A DNA stretch of 64,000 bases from an uncultured Actinomycetes bacterium (GCA_963731515.1 CAVSVU010000014.1:547941-611940), one strand, 5' to 3'. Positions 49,451-58,539 are shown, counted from the stretch's first letter. Notes: a model not told the origin generated them from the letters alone. Numbers and translations are program-made.

Positions 49451-49807
49451 ATGTCCGAACACGATCCCGCCATCGCCCCCACCGCAGAGGTGGGCACCGA
49501 GCTCGTCATGCCGGCGCTCCAGGAGCAGCCCGGCGAGCGGCCCTCGGCCCTCGACCTCGGCCCCGTCCTGGACGTCCCCGTCGAGCTGACGGTCGAGATC
49601 GGCCGCACCACGATGACGATCCGCGAGACGCTCGAGATGGGCCCCGGCTCGATCGTGGCGCTCGACCGGATGACCGGCGAGCCGGTCGACCTGCTCGTGA
49701 ACGGCCAGACGATCGCCCGCGGCGAGGTCGTCGCGATCGACGAGGAGTTCGGCCTGCGCATCACGCACGTCGTCTCCCCCAAGCGCCGCCTCGACGCCGC
49801 CGCCTAG
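49451..49807 (+). CDS. fliN: Flagellar motor switch protein FliN (SpoA domain only)
   Basis: LDVPVELTVEIGRTTMTIRETLEMGPGSIVALDRMTGEPVDLLVNGQTIARGEVVAIDEEFGLRI is the canonical FliN C-terminal domain. Confidence 0.85.
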   Translation: MSEHDPAIAPTAEVGTELVMPALQEQPGERPSALDLGPVLDVPVELTVEIGRTTMTIRETLEMGPGSIVALDRMTGEPVDLLVNGQTIARGEVVAIDEEFGLRITHVVSPKRRLDAAA

Positions 49808-49813
49808 CTTCAA

Positions 49814-49998
49814 CCGGGGTCAGACCCCGAACGGAAGCGCAACGGAAGTGTCACGGCCGACGTTCGGGGTCTGACCCCGCGTTTCGCCCTGGAACTCGGG
49901 GACAGTCCCCGCGCGCGGGGACTGTCCCCGCTTGGTGGCCCACGTTTGCGCCCATGAAAAAGGTGCCTGGCTCCGGCGGCGGCCGGTGCCAGGCACCT
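49814..49998. repeat. Composite palindromic repeat element (REP/MITE-like), copy 2, plus a GGTGCCWGGCACC hairpin
   Basis: A 63-bp hairpin element at 49816-49878. GGGGACAGTCCCC-GCGCGC-GGGGACTGTCCCC at 49898-49929. AGGTGCCTGG...CCAGGCACCT hairpin at 49961-49998. Lies between convergent fliN and fliA. Confidence 0.85.
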
Positions 49999-50017
49999 GT
50001 GTGGCAAAGCGGTTGCG

Positions 50018-50842
50018 CTAGGCGGCGCGGCGGAGCGGCGGCACGACCGAGTCGTACGTGTCGATGCGCTCCTTCAGCGTGCGGCGGATGGAGGAGAGGA
50101 TCTGCGACACGCGCGACTCGCTGATGCCGAGCATGCGGCCGACCTCGGCCCCCTGCATGTGCTTCACGTAGAGCAGGACGAGGATCGTCTGCTCGCGCTC
50201 GCTCAGCGAGGCGATCGCGTCGCGGAGCACGGCCGCCCGCTCGCCGGCCAGCGCGGCCAGCTCCGGGTCGAACTCGCCCGCAGGCGCCTCGATCGTGTCG
50301 CCGACCTCGACCGGCATGGCCTCCTCGGTCCCGCGCGCGGGCGTGTTGAGGCTGAGCAGGTCGGCCCGGGACAGGCCCTCGAGGTGGCTGTGGAGCGAAT
50401 CCACCTCGATCTCGAGCTCGGTGGCGAGCTCATCGTCGCTGGGCAGGCGGCCGGTGCGCAGCTGCCACGCCTCGCGGGCGCGCTCGATCGCGCGGCCGTT
50501 GCGGCGCAGGGAGCGCGGCGCCCAGTCCTGCCGGCGCAGCTCGTCCATGATCGCGCCGGAGACGCGAGTCCAGGCGTACTGCTCGAACGTCGCACCCTTG
50601 ACGGGGTCGAAGCGGTCGACGGCGGCGATCAGCGCGAGCAGCCCGCACGACACGAGGTCGTCGAGCTCGCAGTGGGCCGGAAGCTCGCGCACCTTGCGGC
50701 AGGCGAGGTACTTGACCATCGGCGCGTAGGAGAGCACGAGCCGGTCACGGGCCGCCACATCCTTGTTCTGAATCCAGGCTCGCCACAGGGCCTCCGCGGT
50801 TCCGGCCGTGGGTCGTGAGCTGGACACGGGCGTTGCTTCCAC
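50018..50842 (-). CDS. fliA: Flagellar sigma factor sigma-28 (FliA / SigD / WhiG family)
   Basis: GGAGG SD and GTG start. Region 2 (LVSCGLLALIAAVDRFDPVKGATFEQYAWTRVSGAIMDELRR). Region 4 HTH (MQGAEVGRMLGISESRVSQILSSIRRTL). Confidence 0.9.
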   Translation of the reverse strand: MEATPVSSSRPTAGTAEALWRAWIQNKDVAARDRLVLSYAPMVKYLACRKVRELPAHCELDDLVSCGLLALIAAVDRFDPVKGATFEQYAWTRVSGAIMDELRRQDWAPRSLRRNGRAIERAREAWQLRTGRLPSDDELATELEIEVDSLHSHLEGLSRADLLSLNTPARGTEEAMPVEVGDTIEAPAGEFDPELAALAGERAAVLRDAIASLSEREQTILVLLYVKHMQGAEVGRMLGISESRVSQILSSIRRTLKERIDTYDSVVPPLRRAA

Positions 50843-51046
50843 AGAGGAGACCTCCAGAAGGATCAGAGACGAAGGGGGCGAGGGAAACTCTTGATCGGAG
50901 CGTCACACCGGGTGGGGCCCGGGGGACATACGTCGTCCGTATCGGCAGCCCCATCGGTCCCCGCCCTCCCCCTTTTGGAGTATCCCCGGGGCGCGATCGG
51001 GGATTCCGGCCGAGCCGGCCCGCGAACGCTCAAGCCGGGGCGCCGG

Positions 51047-51688
51047 GTGACCGATGTGGTGTTCGCCTTGCTCTCCCGCCGACTCCCCCCAGTTCGGACG
51101 AGCATCCTTCTGATCGCGGCCGCGTGCGCCGCGATCGCGTTGCTCCACCCCGTGTCCGCCTCCGCCGCCGCGAGGCCCACGCAGGCTGCCGCGAAGACGG
51201 CGCTCGTCCGGCATGCGAGGTCGAAGAAGAAGGCGCCCGCCTTCCACGAGGACAAGACGCCGCTCGACCCGGGCGTCGCCGGGGCCGGCACCGCCAACGG
51301 CAAGGCACCGTCCGTCTCGGGCGCCGGCGCCGACGTGATCCGCACGATCGTCGGCCTCGCCGTCGTCCTCGGCGTGATCTACGGCGTCTACTGGCTGCTC
51401 AAGAGCTCCGCCCGCGCGAAGTCCGGGCGCGCCGACGACCGCATCGGCGTCATCGCGACCACGCCGCTCGCGCCGAATCGCTCGCTCCACCTCGTCCGCG
51501 CCGGCGACGAGCTGATCCTGGTCGGCGCCACCGACCACTCGATCACCCCGCTGCGCGTGTACACCGCCGACGAGGCCATCATGGTCGAGGCCGGCGGCGC
51601 GGACGTGCCGCTCCAGCTTCCGCCCGGCCCGTCCACCGGCTCCGAGAGCTTCCTCGAGACCCTGCGCAAGAGGACGGCCCGGCGATGA
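51047..51688 (+). CDS. fliO: FliO/FliZ-like flagellar biosynthesis protein
   Basis: N-terminal signal/TM. Second TM IVGLAVVLGVIYGVYWLLK, followed by IGVIATTPLAPNRSLHLVRAGDELILVG as in FliO/FliZ. Immediately precedes fliP (ATGA overlap). Start uncertain: GTG 51047 or TTG 51068. Confidence 0.6.
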   Translation: MTDVVFALLSRRLPPVRTSILLIAAACAAIALLHPVSASAAARPTQAAAKTALVRHARSKKKAPAFHEDKTPLDPGVAGAGTANGKAPSVSGAGADVIRTIVGLAVVLGVIYGVYWLLKSSARAKSGRADDRIGVIATTPLAPNRSLHLVRAGDELILVGATDHSITPLRVYTADEAIMVEAGGADVPLQLPPGPSTGSESFLETLRKRTARR

Positions 51689-52371
51689 CCGGCCTGCCGC
51701 TGCTCGCCGCCGCCGGATCGGGCATCTCGATCAACGGCAACGCGCTCTCGACGCCCGTCGAGATCCTCATCTCGATGACCCTGCTCGCGCTCCTCCCGGG
51801 AGCGCTCCTCATGGTCACCGGCTTCACCCGCATCCTGATCGTGCTCGGCTTCGTGCGCAACGCGCTGGGCACGCCGACCAGCCCGCCGTCGCAGGTGCTC
51901 GTGGGCATGTCGCTGATCCTGACGATCTTCGTCATGGCGCCGACCTTCAAGCAGATCAACACGACCGCGATCCAGCCGTACACGAGCCACGAGATCACGC
52001 TCTCGCAGGCGGCCACGCGCGGCCAGCAGCCGCTGCGCACCTTCATGTTCAACCAGACGCGCGACTCCGACCTGGCCATGTTCGTGAAGATGGCGAACCT
52101 GCCCCGCCCGAAGACGCGCGCCGACATCCCCACCTACGTGCTCGTGCCGGCCTTCATGATCTCCGAGCTGAAGACGGCCTTCCAGATCGGGTTCCTGATC
52201 TACCTGCCGTTCCTGATCATCGACATGGTCGTCGCCTCGACCCTGATGTCGATGGGGATGATGATGCTGCCCCCCGTCCTGATCTCGCTGCCGTTCAAGA
52301 TCATGCTGTTCGTGCTGGTCGACGGATGGCATCTCGTGATCCAGAGCCTCGTCCAGTCCTTCCACACCTGA
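51685..52371 (+). CDS. fliP: Flagellar export gate protein FliP
   Basis: GFTRILIVLGFVRNALGTPTSPPSQVL, VPAFMISELKTAFQIGFLIYLPFLIIDMVVASTLMSMGMMMLPP. Confidence 0.95.
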   Translation: MTGLPLLAAAGSGISINGNALSTPVEILISMTLLALLPGALLMVTGFTRILIVLGFVRNALGTPTSPPSQVLVGMSLILTIFVMAPTFKQINTTAIQPYTSHEITLSQAATRGQQPLRTFMFNQTRDSDLAMFVKMANLPRPKTRADIPTYVLVPAFMISELKTAFQIGFLIYLPFLIIDMVVASTLMSMGMMMLPPVLISLPFKIMLFVLVDGWHLVIQSLVQSFHT

Positions 52372-52376
52372 CGACC

Positions 52377-52649
52377 GTGAACGCCGACACCGTCAACTCA
52401 CTCGCAACGCAGGCGCTGACCGTCACCCTCGAGGTGTCGATGCCCTTCCTGCTCGCCGGCCTCGTGGTCGGGCTGATCGTCTCGGTCTTCCAGGCCGTGA
52501 CGTCGATCCAGGAGCAGACGCTCAGCTTCATCCCCAAGATCCTGGTCATCGGCGCCGTGCTCGCGATCGGCGGGCCGTGGATGCTCGACCAGATGCTCAC
52601 CTACACGACCAACCTGTACACGAACATCCCGAACCTGGTCGGTCCGTGA
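52377..52649 (+). CDS. fliQ: Flagellar export gate protein FliQ
   Basis: GTG start. 90 aa. PFLLAGLVVGLIVSVFQAVTSIQEQTLSFIPKILV. Confidence 0.9.
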   Translation: MNADTVNSLATQALTVTLEVSMPFLLAGLVVGLIVSVFQAVTSIQEQTLSFIPKILVIGAVLAIGGPWMLDQMLTYTTNLYTNIPNLVGP

Positions 52650-53422
52650 CCGTCACGCTGCCGGACCAGTCCCTCACCTACGTGCTGGGCTTCCTGCTCG
52701 TGGTCTGCCGCGTCGGAGGGCTGTTCGTGCTCGCCCCCGGGTTCTCGGCGACGATGATCCCGAACCGGATCAAGCTGATGCTGGCGATGGCGCTCTCGCT
52801 CGCGCTGATGCCGATCGCCGTGCACGGCCAGACCGTCCCGCTGGACGCCGGCGCCTACGCGATGCTGATGCTGAAGGAGATCGGCGTCGGGCTGATCTTC
52901 GCCTTCCCGATGGCGCTCGTGGGCGCCGCCGTCCAGGCCGGGGCCAGCCTGCTCGACACGCTGATCGGGTTCTCGTTCTCGTCGATCCTCGACCCGGTGA
53001 ACAACCAGCAGACCGCGATCCTGGGCCAGTTCTACAGCCTGTTCGCCGTGCTGGTGCTGCTGATGTCGGGCGGCGACCACATCATGATCGAGGGCCTCGG
53101 CGCGAGCTACCGGGCGCTGCCCATCACCGCCTACCCGCACATCGGCGCGATCACGGCCGGAGCGCTGGCCGCCTTCGAGCAGGTGTGGGTGATCGGCCTC
53201 GAGATCGCCGCGCCCGTGCTGGTCGCGCTCGTGATCACCGACGCCGCGATCGGCCTCGTGTCCCGGGCCGTGCCGCAGATGAACGTGTTCGTCGTCGGGA
53301 TGCCGGCCAAGATCCTCGTCGGGATGACGGTCGTCGCCGCCACGCTGCCGTTCGTCTCGAACCAGGTGCAGGGCGCCCTGCAGCAGTCGGTCGTGCAGGC
53401 GGTCCAGACGCTCGGCGGCTGA
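52646..53422 (+). CDS. fliR: Flagellar export gate protein FliR
   Basis: GTGA overlap with fliQ. Six-TM protein. LVVCRVGGLFVLAPGFS, GLIFAFPMALV, VPQMNVFVVGMPAKILVG. Confidence 0.9.
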   Translation: MTVTLPDQSLTYVLGFLLVVCRVGGLFVLAPGFSATMIPNRIKLMLAMALSLALMPIAVHGQTVPLDAGAYAMLMLKEIGVGLIFAFPMALVGAAVQAGASLLDTLIGFSFSSILDPVNNQQTAILGQFYSLFAVLVLLMSGGDHIMIEGLGASYRALPITAYPHIGAITAGALAAFEQVWVIGLEIAAPVLVALVITDAAIGLVSRAVPQMNVFVVGMPAKILVGMTVVAATLPFVSNQVQGALQQSVVQAVQTLGG

Positions 53423-53425
53423 TCG

Positions 53426-54490
53426 ATGGCCGACAACCGTACCGAGAAGCCGACTCCCAAACGGCGCAAGGAGGCCCGCGACAAGGGCCAGATCGCCCGC
53501 TCGCCCGACCTGACGTCGGCGGCGGTGCTCCTCGGCGGCATCGTGGCGGTGATCGTCACGGCGCCGTCGATGCTCGACCACTTCGCCGACATCGTGCGCG
53601 TCGGCCTGAGCCAGTCCGGCGACACCCACCTGGCCGGCCGCGCCGGGGTCGGCCAGCTGTTCTCGTGGGGCGTCACCTCGATGGTCGGGATCGTGGCGCC
53701 GATCGCGGTGACGGCGGTCGCGTGCGGCCTGGTCGCCAACGTGGTGCAGAACCGCCCGGCCATCACCACCTCGGCGCTCAGCCCGCAGTGGAACCGGATC
53801 GATCCCCGCAGCGGCTTCAAGCGGCTCTTCGGCGCGCGAGCGGCCTTCGAGGGCGGGAAGACGGTGGTGAAGACCTGCGTCGTCGCCGTGGCGGCGTTCG
53901 TCGCCATCTGGCCGCGCCTCCAGGACCTGGGCGAGCTCGCGGGCGCGCCCCCGGGCGAGATCATGAGCCAGCTGGGGAGCTCGGTCATGATGCTCGCCCT
54001 GTACGTGTGCGTCGCGTTCCTCCTGATCGGGATCGTCGACTTCACCTGGCAGCGCTACCAGCACGAGAAGTCCCTCAAGATGACCAAGGAGGAGGTGCGC
54101 CAGGAGTCGCGCCAGTCCGACCTGGCTCCCGAGGTGCGAGGCGCGATCCGCCGCCGCCAGTTCGCCCGCGCCCGCCAGCGCATGATCGCCGACGTCGCCA
54201 CCGCCGACGTCGTCGTCACGAACCCGACCCATTTCGCCGTCGCGCTGCGCTACGACGGCAGCCGGCCGGCGCCGGAGATGGTCGCCAAGGGCGTCGACCT
54301 GGTCGCCGCGGCCATCCGCAAGGCGGCCGAGGACGCGGGCGTGCCGGTGCTGCAGAACCCGCCGCTGGCGCGCGCGCTCCACAAGGAGGTCGAGATCGGC
54401 CAGATGATCCCGGACGAGTTCTTCGCCGCCGTCGCGGAGGTGCTGGCATTCGTCTACCGCGCCGCCGGCCGCCGCCGGAGGGCGTCGTGA
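53426..54490 (+). CDS. flhB: Flagellar export switch protein FlhB
   Basis: MADNRTEKPTPKRRKEARDKGQIARS start. NPTH autocleavage site (VVVTNPTHFAVAL). 354 aa. Confidence 0.95.
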   Translation: MADNRTEKPTPKRRKEARDKGQIARSPDLTSAAVLLGGIVAVIVTAPSMLDHFADIVRVGLSQSGDTHLAGRAGVGQLFSWGVTSMVGIVAPIAVTAVACGLVANVVQNRPAITTSALSPQWNRIDPRSGFKRLFGARAAFEGGKTVVKTCVVAVAAFVAIWPRLQDLGELAGAPPGEIMSQLGSSVMMLALYVCVAFLLIGIVDFTWQRYQHEKSLKMTKEEVRQESRQSDLAPEVRGAIRRRQFARARQRMIADVATADVVVTNPTHFAVALRYDGSRPAPEMVAKGVDLVAAAIRKAAEDAGVPVLQNPPLARALHKEVEIGQMIPDEFFAAVAEVLAFVYRAAGRRRRAS

Positions 54491-54511
54491 CCGCGGCCCT
54501 TCCGCGGACGC

Positions 54512-54539
54512 TCAAGTCGGCGCGCGCGAACGCCGATGA
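54512..54539 (+). promoter_or_regulatory. Sigma-28-type promoter candidate upstream of flhA
   Basis: TCAAGTCG-N12-GCCGATGA (TCAA-N16-GCCGATGA) in the 155-nt flhB-flhA spacer. Shares the extended -35 with the flgB site. Confidence 0.5.
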
Positions 54540-54645
54540 GGGTCCCCGAATGCGAATCGGATGCCCTTCGCTTCGCCGCCGCTCCCCCCGCGGCCGCCTC
54601 CCGGATCCGACCGGGTCACTCCCCACCGTGATGGGTCGCTGAGCC

Positions 54646-56699
54646 ATGGGCGGCGGGCTCAAGCTCCTCCTCAAGCACAACGACCTGCTGGCGGCCGTCG
54701 GCGTCGTCGTCGTCGTCGCGATGATGCTCGTGCCGCTGCCGAGCGCGCTGATCGACATCTTCATCACGGTCAACATCTGCGGCGCGCTGATGATCCTCGT
54801 GACGACCATGTACGTGCCGCGGGCGCTCGACTTCGCGGCCTTCCCGTCGCTGCTGCTCCTGACGACGCTCTTCCGGCTCGGGATCAACATCAGCGTGACC
54901 CGGCTCGTGCTCCTGCACGGCGACGCCGGCAACGTGATCCACGCGTTCGGCTCGTTCGTCGTCGGCGGCAACGTGCTGGTGGGGATGGTGGTGTTCCTGA
55001 TCCTGGTCGTGATCCAGTTCGTCGTGATCACCAACGGCGCCGGGCGCGTCGCCGAGGTCGCCGCCCGCTTCACCCTCGACGCGATGCCCGGCAAGCAGAT
55101 GGCCATCGACGCCGACCTGAACGCCGGCCAGATCACCGACCAGCAGGCCCGCGACCGGCGCGAGCAGATCGCGCGCGAGGCGGACTTCTACGGGGCGATG
55201 GACGGCGCGTCCAAGTTCGTGAAGGGCGACGCCATGGCCGGCATCCTGATCGTCGCCATCAACCTGCTGGGCGGCATCGGCGTCGGCCTCCTGCAGAAGG
55301 GCATGTCGTTCTCCGACGCCGCGCACGTCTTCCCCATCCTCACGATCGGCGACGGCCTGGCCGCCCAGATCCCGGCGCTCCTGATCTCGACCGCGATGGG
55401 CATCATCGTCACCCGGTCGGGCAGCGAGGCCGACCTCGGCTCGGACATCTCGACCCAGATCCTGCGCCAGCCGCGGGCGCCGATGATCGCGGGCGGCATC
55501 ATCGCCGCGATGGGCCTCGTCCCGGGCATGCCGATCATCCCGTTCGTGACCATCGGCGCCATCTTCTTCCTGCTCGGCCGGGCCATGGTCACGCATGCGG
55601 CCGCCACCGCCGCAACGAAGGCCGCGCAGGACGCGCTGCCGGCGCCGGCGTCCGCACCCGGCGACGCCGCCGTCGGCGCCCTCCAGATCGACCCCTCGAG
55701 CTCACGATCGGCTTCGGCCTCGTGCCGATGGTGGACGCGAAGTCCGGCGGCTCTCTGCTCGGCCGCGTCGGCGTCGTCCGCCGCCAGATCGCCTCCGAGC
55801 TGGGCATGGTGATCGCGCCCGTGCGCATCCACGACGACGTCGGGCTCGACTCGCACGAGTACGCCGTCAAGGTGCGCGGCGCCGAGGTGGCGCGCGGCCG
55901 CGTCATCCCCGGCCACCGCCTGGCGATGGACCCCGGCGACGCGACGCCCGGCGTGTCCGGCATCCCCACCGTCGAGCCCGCCTTCGGGCTCCCGGCGGTG
56001 TGGATCGACGAGAACCACCGCGGCGAGGCCGAGGCGCTCGGCTACACCGTCGTCGACGCCGAGTCGATGATCGTCACCCACCTCACCGAGACCATCCGCC
56101 GCCACGTGGACGAGCTGCTCACCCGCCAGGAGACGAAGAAGCTGATCGACGCGCTCAAGGAGCAGAACGCCGCCGCCGTCGAGGAGGTCGTCCCCGAGAA
56201 GCTCGGCGTGGGCGAGGTCCAGCGCGTGCTCCAGCACCTGCTGCGCGAGAACGTCTCGATCCGCGACCTGGGCACGATCCTCGAGGCGATCGGCGACCGC
56301 GCCGCCTCGACGCGCGACCCGGCCATCCTGGCCGAGTACGCCCGCCAGGCGCTGGCGCGCTCGATCACGCTCCACTACCTCGACTCGACGAAGTCGCTGC
56401 AGGCGATCTCGCTCGACCCGAACCTGGAGCAGGAGATCGCCGAGTCGGTCACACAGACCCGCGACGGCGAGTACCTGGCCATGGATCCCGCGCGCGCGCA
56501 GACCGTCGTGCGCCTCCTCAGCGGCGAGGTCGAGCAGGCCACCGGGATGGGCGTGCGGCCCGTGCTCCTGTGCTCCGGCCGCATCCGCCGACATCTGCGG
56601 CGTCTGATCGAGCAGGCATTACCGCAATTGCCGGTCGTGTCCTACAATGAGATCCTGCCGGGGATCCGTGTCGAGTCCACCGGGGTCGTGGCGGGCTAG
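54646..56699 (+). pseudogene. flhA: Flagellar export gate protein FlhA, interrupted by one frameshift
   Basis: The TM domain (FPSLLLLTTLFRLGINISVTRLVL...FTLDAMPGKQMAIDADL...) is in one frame. The cytoplasmic domain (LELTIGFGLVPMVD...VVSYNEI) is in another. The join lies at the C run 55692-55695 (GACCCCTCGAG). Confidence 0.85.
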
Positions 56700-56713
56700 G
56701 GCGCCGCCGGAGA

Positions 56714-57931
56714 ATGCAGACCATGCCAGAGACCCGCACCTACCAGGGCGCGTCCCTCGAGGAGTTGCTCCCCCAGATCCGCGCCGATCTCGGCGCAGGC
56801 GCCGTCATCACGCGCCGGCGCGAGGGCGTGACCGGCGGCTTCGCCGGCTTCTTCGGAAAGCGCTGCGTCGAGGTCGAGGCGCAGGCCGGCGGCCCGGTGC
56901 AGTCCGTCCCCACGAGCAGCGTCTTCGACGCCTACGACGCGGCCCGCGAGCCCGAGCTCGAGATGGACGCCGACCTCGACCCGGACGCCGACGCCGACGG
57001 CCCCGTCATGCGCTCCTTCATCCAGCAGGCGAGCCCCTTCGCCGACGTCCTCGACGACGCGCTGATCGAGCCCGACCCGGATCCCGACGTCCGTGACGAG
57101 TTCGAGGGCATCGACCTCGTCTCCGCAGGCGCCACCGTCGAGGTGGCCGCCCGCGCCGGCCACATCGTGACCGGCGACTGGGAGCAGGTCTCGGAACAGC
57201 TCCTCGACGCGGGCATGCCGGCCGACGTCGTCGAGGCGCTCGTCTCGGACGCGATCCGCCTGCTCGCCCCGTTCGACCCCGAGGCGAAGGAGGCAGACCT
57301 CGTCCGCCAGATGCTCGCCCGCACGGTGCGGGTGGAGCACGGCTGGCGGTCGAAGAGCCGCACCATCGCCGTCGTCGGCCCCGCCGGCGCGGGCAAGACG
57401 CTCACCGTCGCCAAGCTCGCCCACGCGTTCGCGGAACGCTCGCCGTTCTCGGTGCGCCTGGTCAGCCTCGAGCCCGGCGAGGGCGCCGAGCGGCTGACGG
57501 CGCTGACCGACGGGCTCGACGTCGACCGGCGCGAGGCCGACACGCCCGAGGCGGCCAAGTCGGCCGTGCGCGCGCCCGGCAACGACGGCGTCGTCCTGGT
57601 CGACACGCCGCCCGTGTCCGCCGGCGACGGCGAGGGCCTCGCCGCGCTCGGCAAGCTGCTCGCGGCCGCGCGGCCGGACGAGACGCACCTGATCACCCCG
57701 GCCGGCTACGACGCGCGCTCGCTGCTGCACCTGAACGCCGCGATCGACCCGCTCTTCCCGGCCAACCGGATCCTGATCTCGCGCATCGACGAGGCGCCGA
57801 CGGCCGCCGTCCCGGTCGGCATCTCGCTCGGCCTGAAGCGGCCGATCTCCTACGTCGCCGACGGCCGCCGGCCCGCCGGCGGGCTCCGCCCCGCCGATCC
57901 CAACGAGCTGGCCGCACTGGTGATGCCCTGA
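56714..57931 (+). CDS. flhF: Flagellar SRP-type GTPase FlhF (with atypical G3/G4 motifs)
   Basis: B-domain-like N-terminus (YQGASLEELLPQIRADLGAGAVI). G1 VVGPAGAGKT. DTPP in place of the usual DTAG. SRIDE in place of TKLDE. Confidence 0.75.
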   Translation: MQTMPETRTYQGASLEELLPQIRADLGAGAVITRRREGVTGGFAGFFGKRCVEVEAQAGGPVQSVPTSSVFDAYDAAREPELEMDADLDPDADADGPVMRSFIQQASPFADVLDDALIEPDPDPDVRDEFEGIDLVSAGATVEVAARAGHIVTGDWEQVSEQLLDAGMPADVVEALVSDAIRLLAPFDPEAKEADLVRQMLARTVRVEHGWRSKSRTIAVVGPAGAGKTLTVAKLAHAFAERSPFSVRLVSLEPGEGAERLTALTDGLDVDRREADTPEAAKSAVRAPGNDGVVLVDTPPVSAGDGEGLAALGKLLAAARPDETHLITPAGYDARSLLHLNAAIDPLFPANRILISRIDEAPTAAVPVGISLGLKRPISYVADGRRPAGGLRPADPNELAALVMP

Positions 57932-58248
57932 TGGATCCCAAGCCGCAGCTCGTCGCCCTCTCCGACCACCCCCGGGCCTCCCGCTCGATCCGCCAGATCA
58001 AGGCATGGGGCGGCCTGCTCGGGTTCGTCGTCGTCACCGGCTTCAGCTATCTGGGCGGGATGGGCATCCCCGACGCGCTCCTGCGCGGCGTGATCGCCGG
58101 CGTCGCCGGCCAGATGCTGGCCTGGATCGCCGCGATCGTCCTCTGGCAGCACCTGCTCGAGGGCGAGGCGAAGAGCGCGGTGCGCCGGGCCAAGGAGAAC
58201 CGCAACCGTGCCCTCCAGCGAGGCTCGCAGCCGGAGACTGACGCGTGA
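57931..58248 (+). CDS. Small membrane protein translationally coupled to flhF (unknown function)
   Basis: TGATG overlap with the flhF stop. 105 aa, two hydrophobic helices (LLGFVVVTGFSYLGG, VAGQMLAWIAAIVLW). Sits where flhG would be in Bacillus. Confidence 0.55.
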   Translation: MDPKPQLVALSDHPRASRSIRQIKAWGGLLGFVVVTGFSYLGGMGIPDALLRGVIAGVAGQMLAWIAAIVLWQHLLEGEAKSAVRRAKENRNRALQRGSQPETDA

Positions 58249-58409
58249 CCGACCCGATCGACCGCATCCCGCACACGCCCCCGGCGTGGGCCCTGCGCGA
58301 GCGCGACGCCCGCCGCGACGGCGATCCCCGCCGTCCCAAGCAGCCCCCGCACGTCCCGGCCGACGAGCCCGAGGACGACGAGCCCCACCTGATCGACGTC
58401 CGCGCGTAG
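58245..58409 (+). CDS. Small charged ORF (54 aa) coupled to the preceding gene
   Basis: Not in the ORF track. GTGA overlap. VTDPIDRIPHTPPAWALRERDARRDGDPRRPKQPPHVPADEPEDDEPHLIDVRA. GC3-rich. No family recognised. Confidence 0.3.
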   Translation: MTDPIDRIPHTPPAWALRERDARRDGDPRRPKQPPHVPADEPEDDEPHLIDVRA

Positions 58410-58449
58410 CGCGTTTCACGACGTCATTCTTGCGATCTTTGCAGATCGC

Positions 58450-58476
58450 TAAAGAGCACAGGGGGGTGGTCGATTA
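58450..58476 (+). promoter_or_regulatory. Sigma-28-type promoter of flagellin gene copy 1
   Basis: TAAA-N15-GTCGATTA, ending 63 nt upstream of the flagellin ATG. This is the best class-III-type match in the window. Confidence 0.7.
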
Positions 58477-58483
58477 CCGGTAT

Positions 58484-58535
58484 GCGCACCGCAAGGACGC
58501 GGGCGCAAAGGACACACACCTATCTTCAAGGAGGA
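58484..58535 (+). promoter_or_regulatory. Putative CsrA-binding leader of flagellin copy 1 (GGA-loop hairpin + GGA + GGA-containing SD)
   Basis: Hairpin GCGC(A)CCGC-AAGGAC-GCGGGCGC at 58484-58506 has GGA in the loop. A second AAAGGA is at 58507-58512. The SD CAAGGAGGA is at 58527-58535. Confidence 0.55.
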
Positions 58536-58539
58536 AGAT

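Noticed and set aside
51030-51057. A sigma-28-like match TCAA-N16-ACCGATGT upstream of fliO, and GCCGATTC at 17791-17798 inside the palindrome cluster.
   Set aside because: The first has a degenerate -10 and overlaps the most likely fliO start codon (GTG 51047). The second has no TAAA/TCAA element at the proper distance. Neither is good enough to call.
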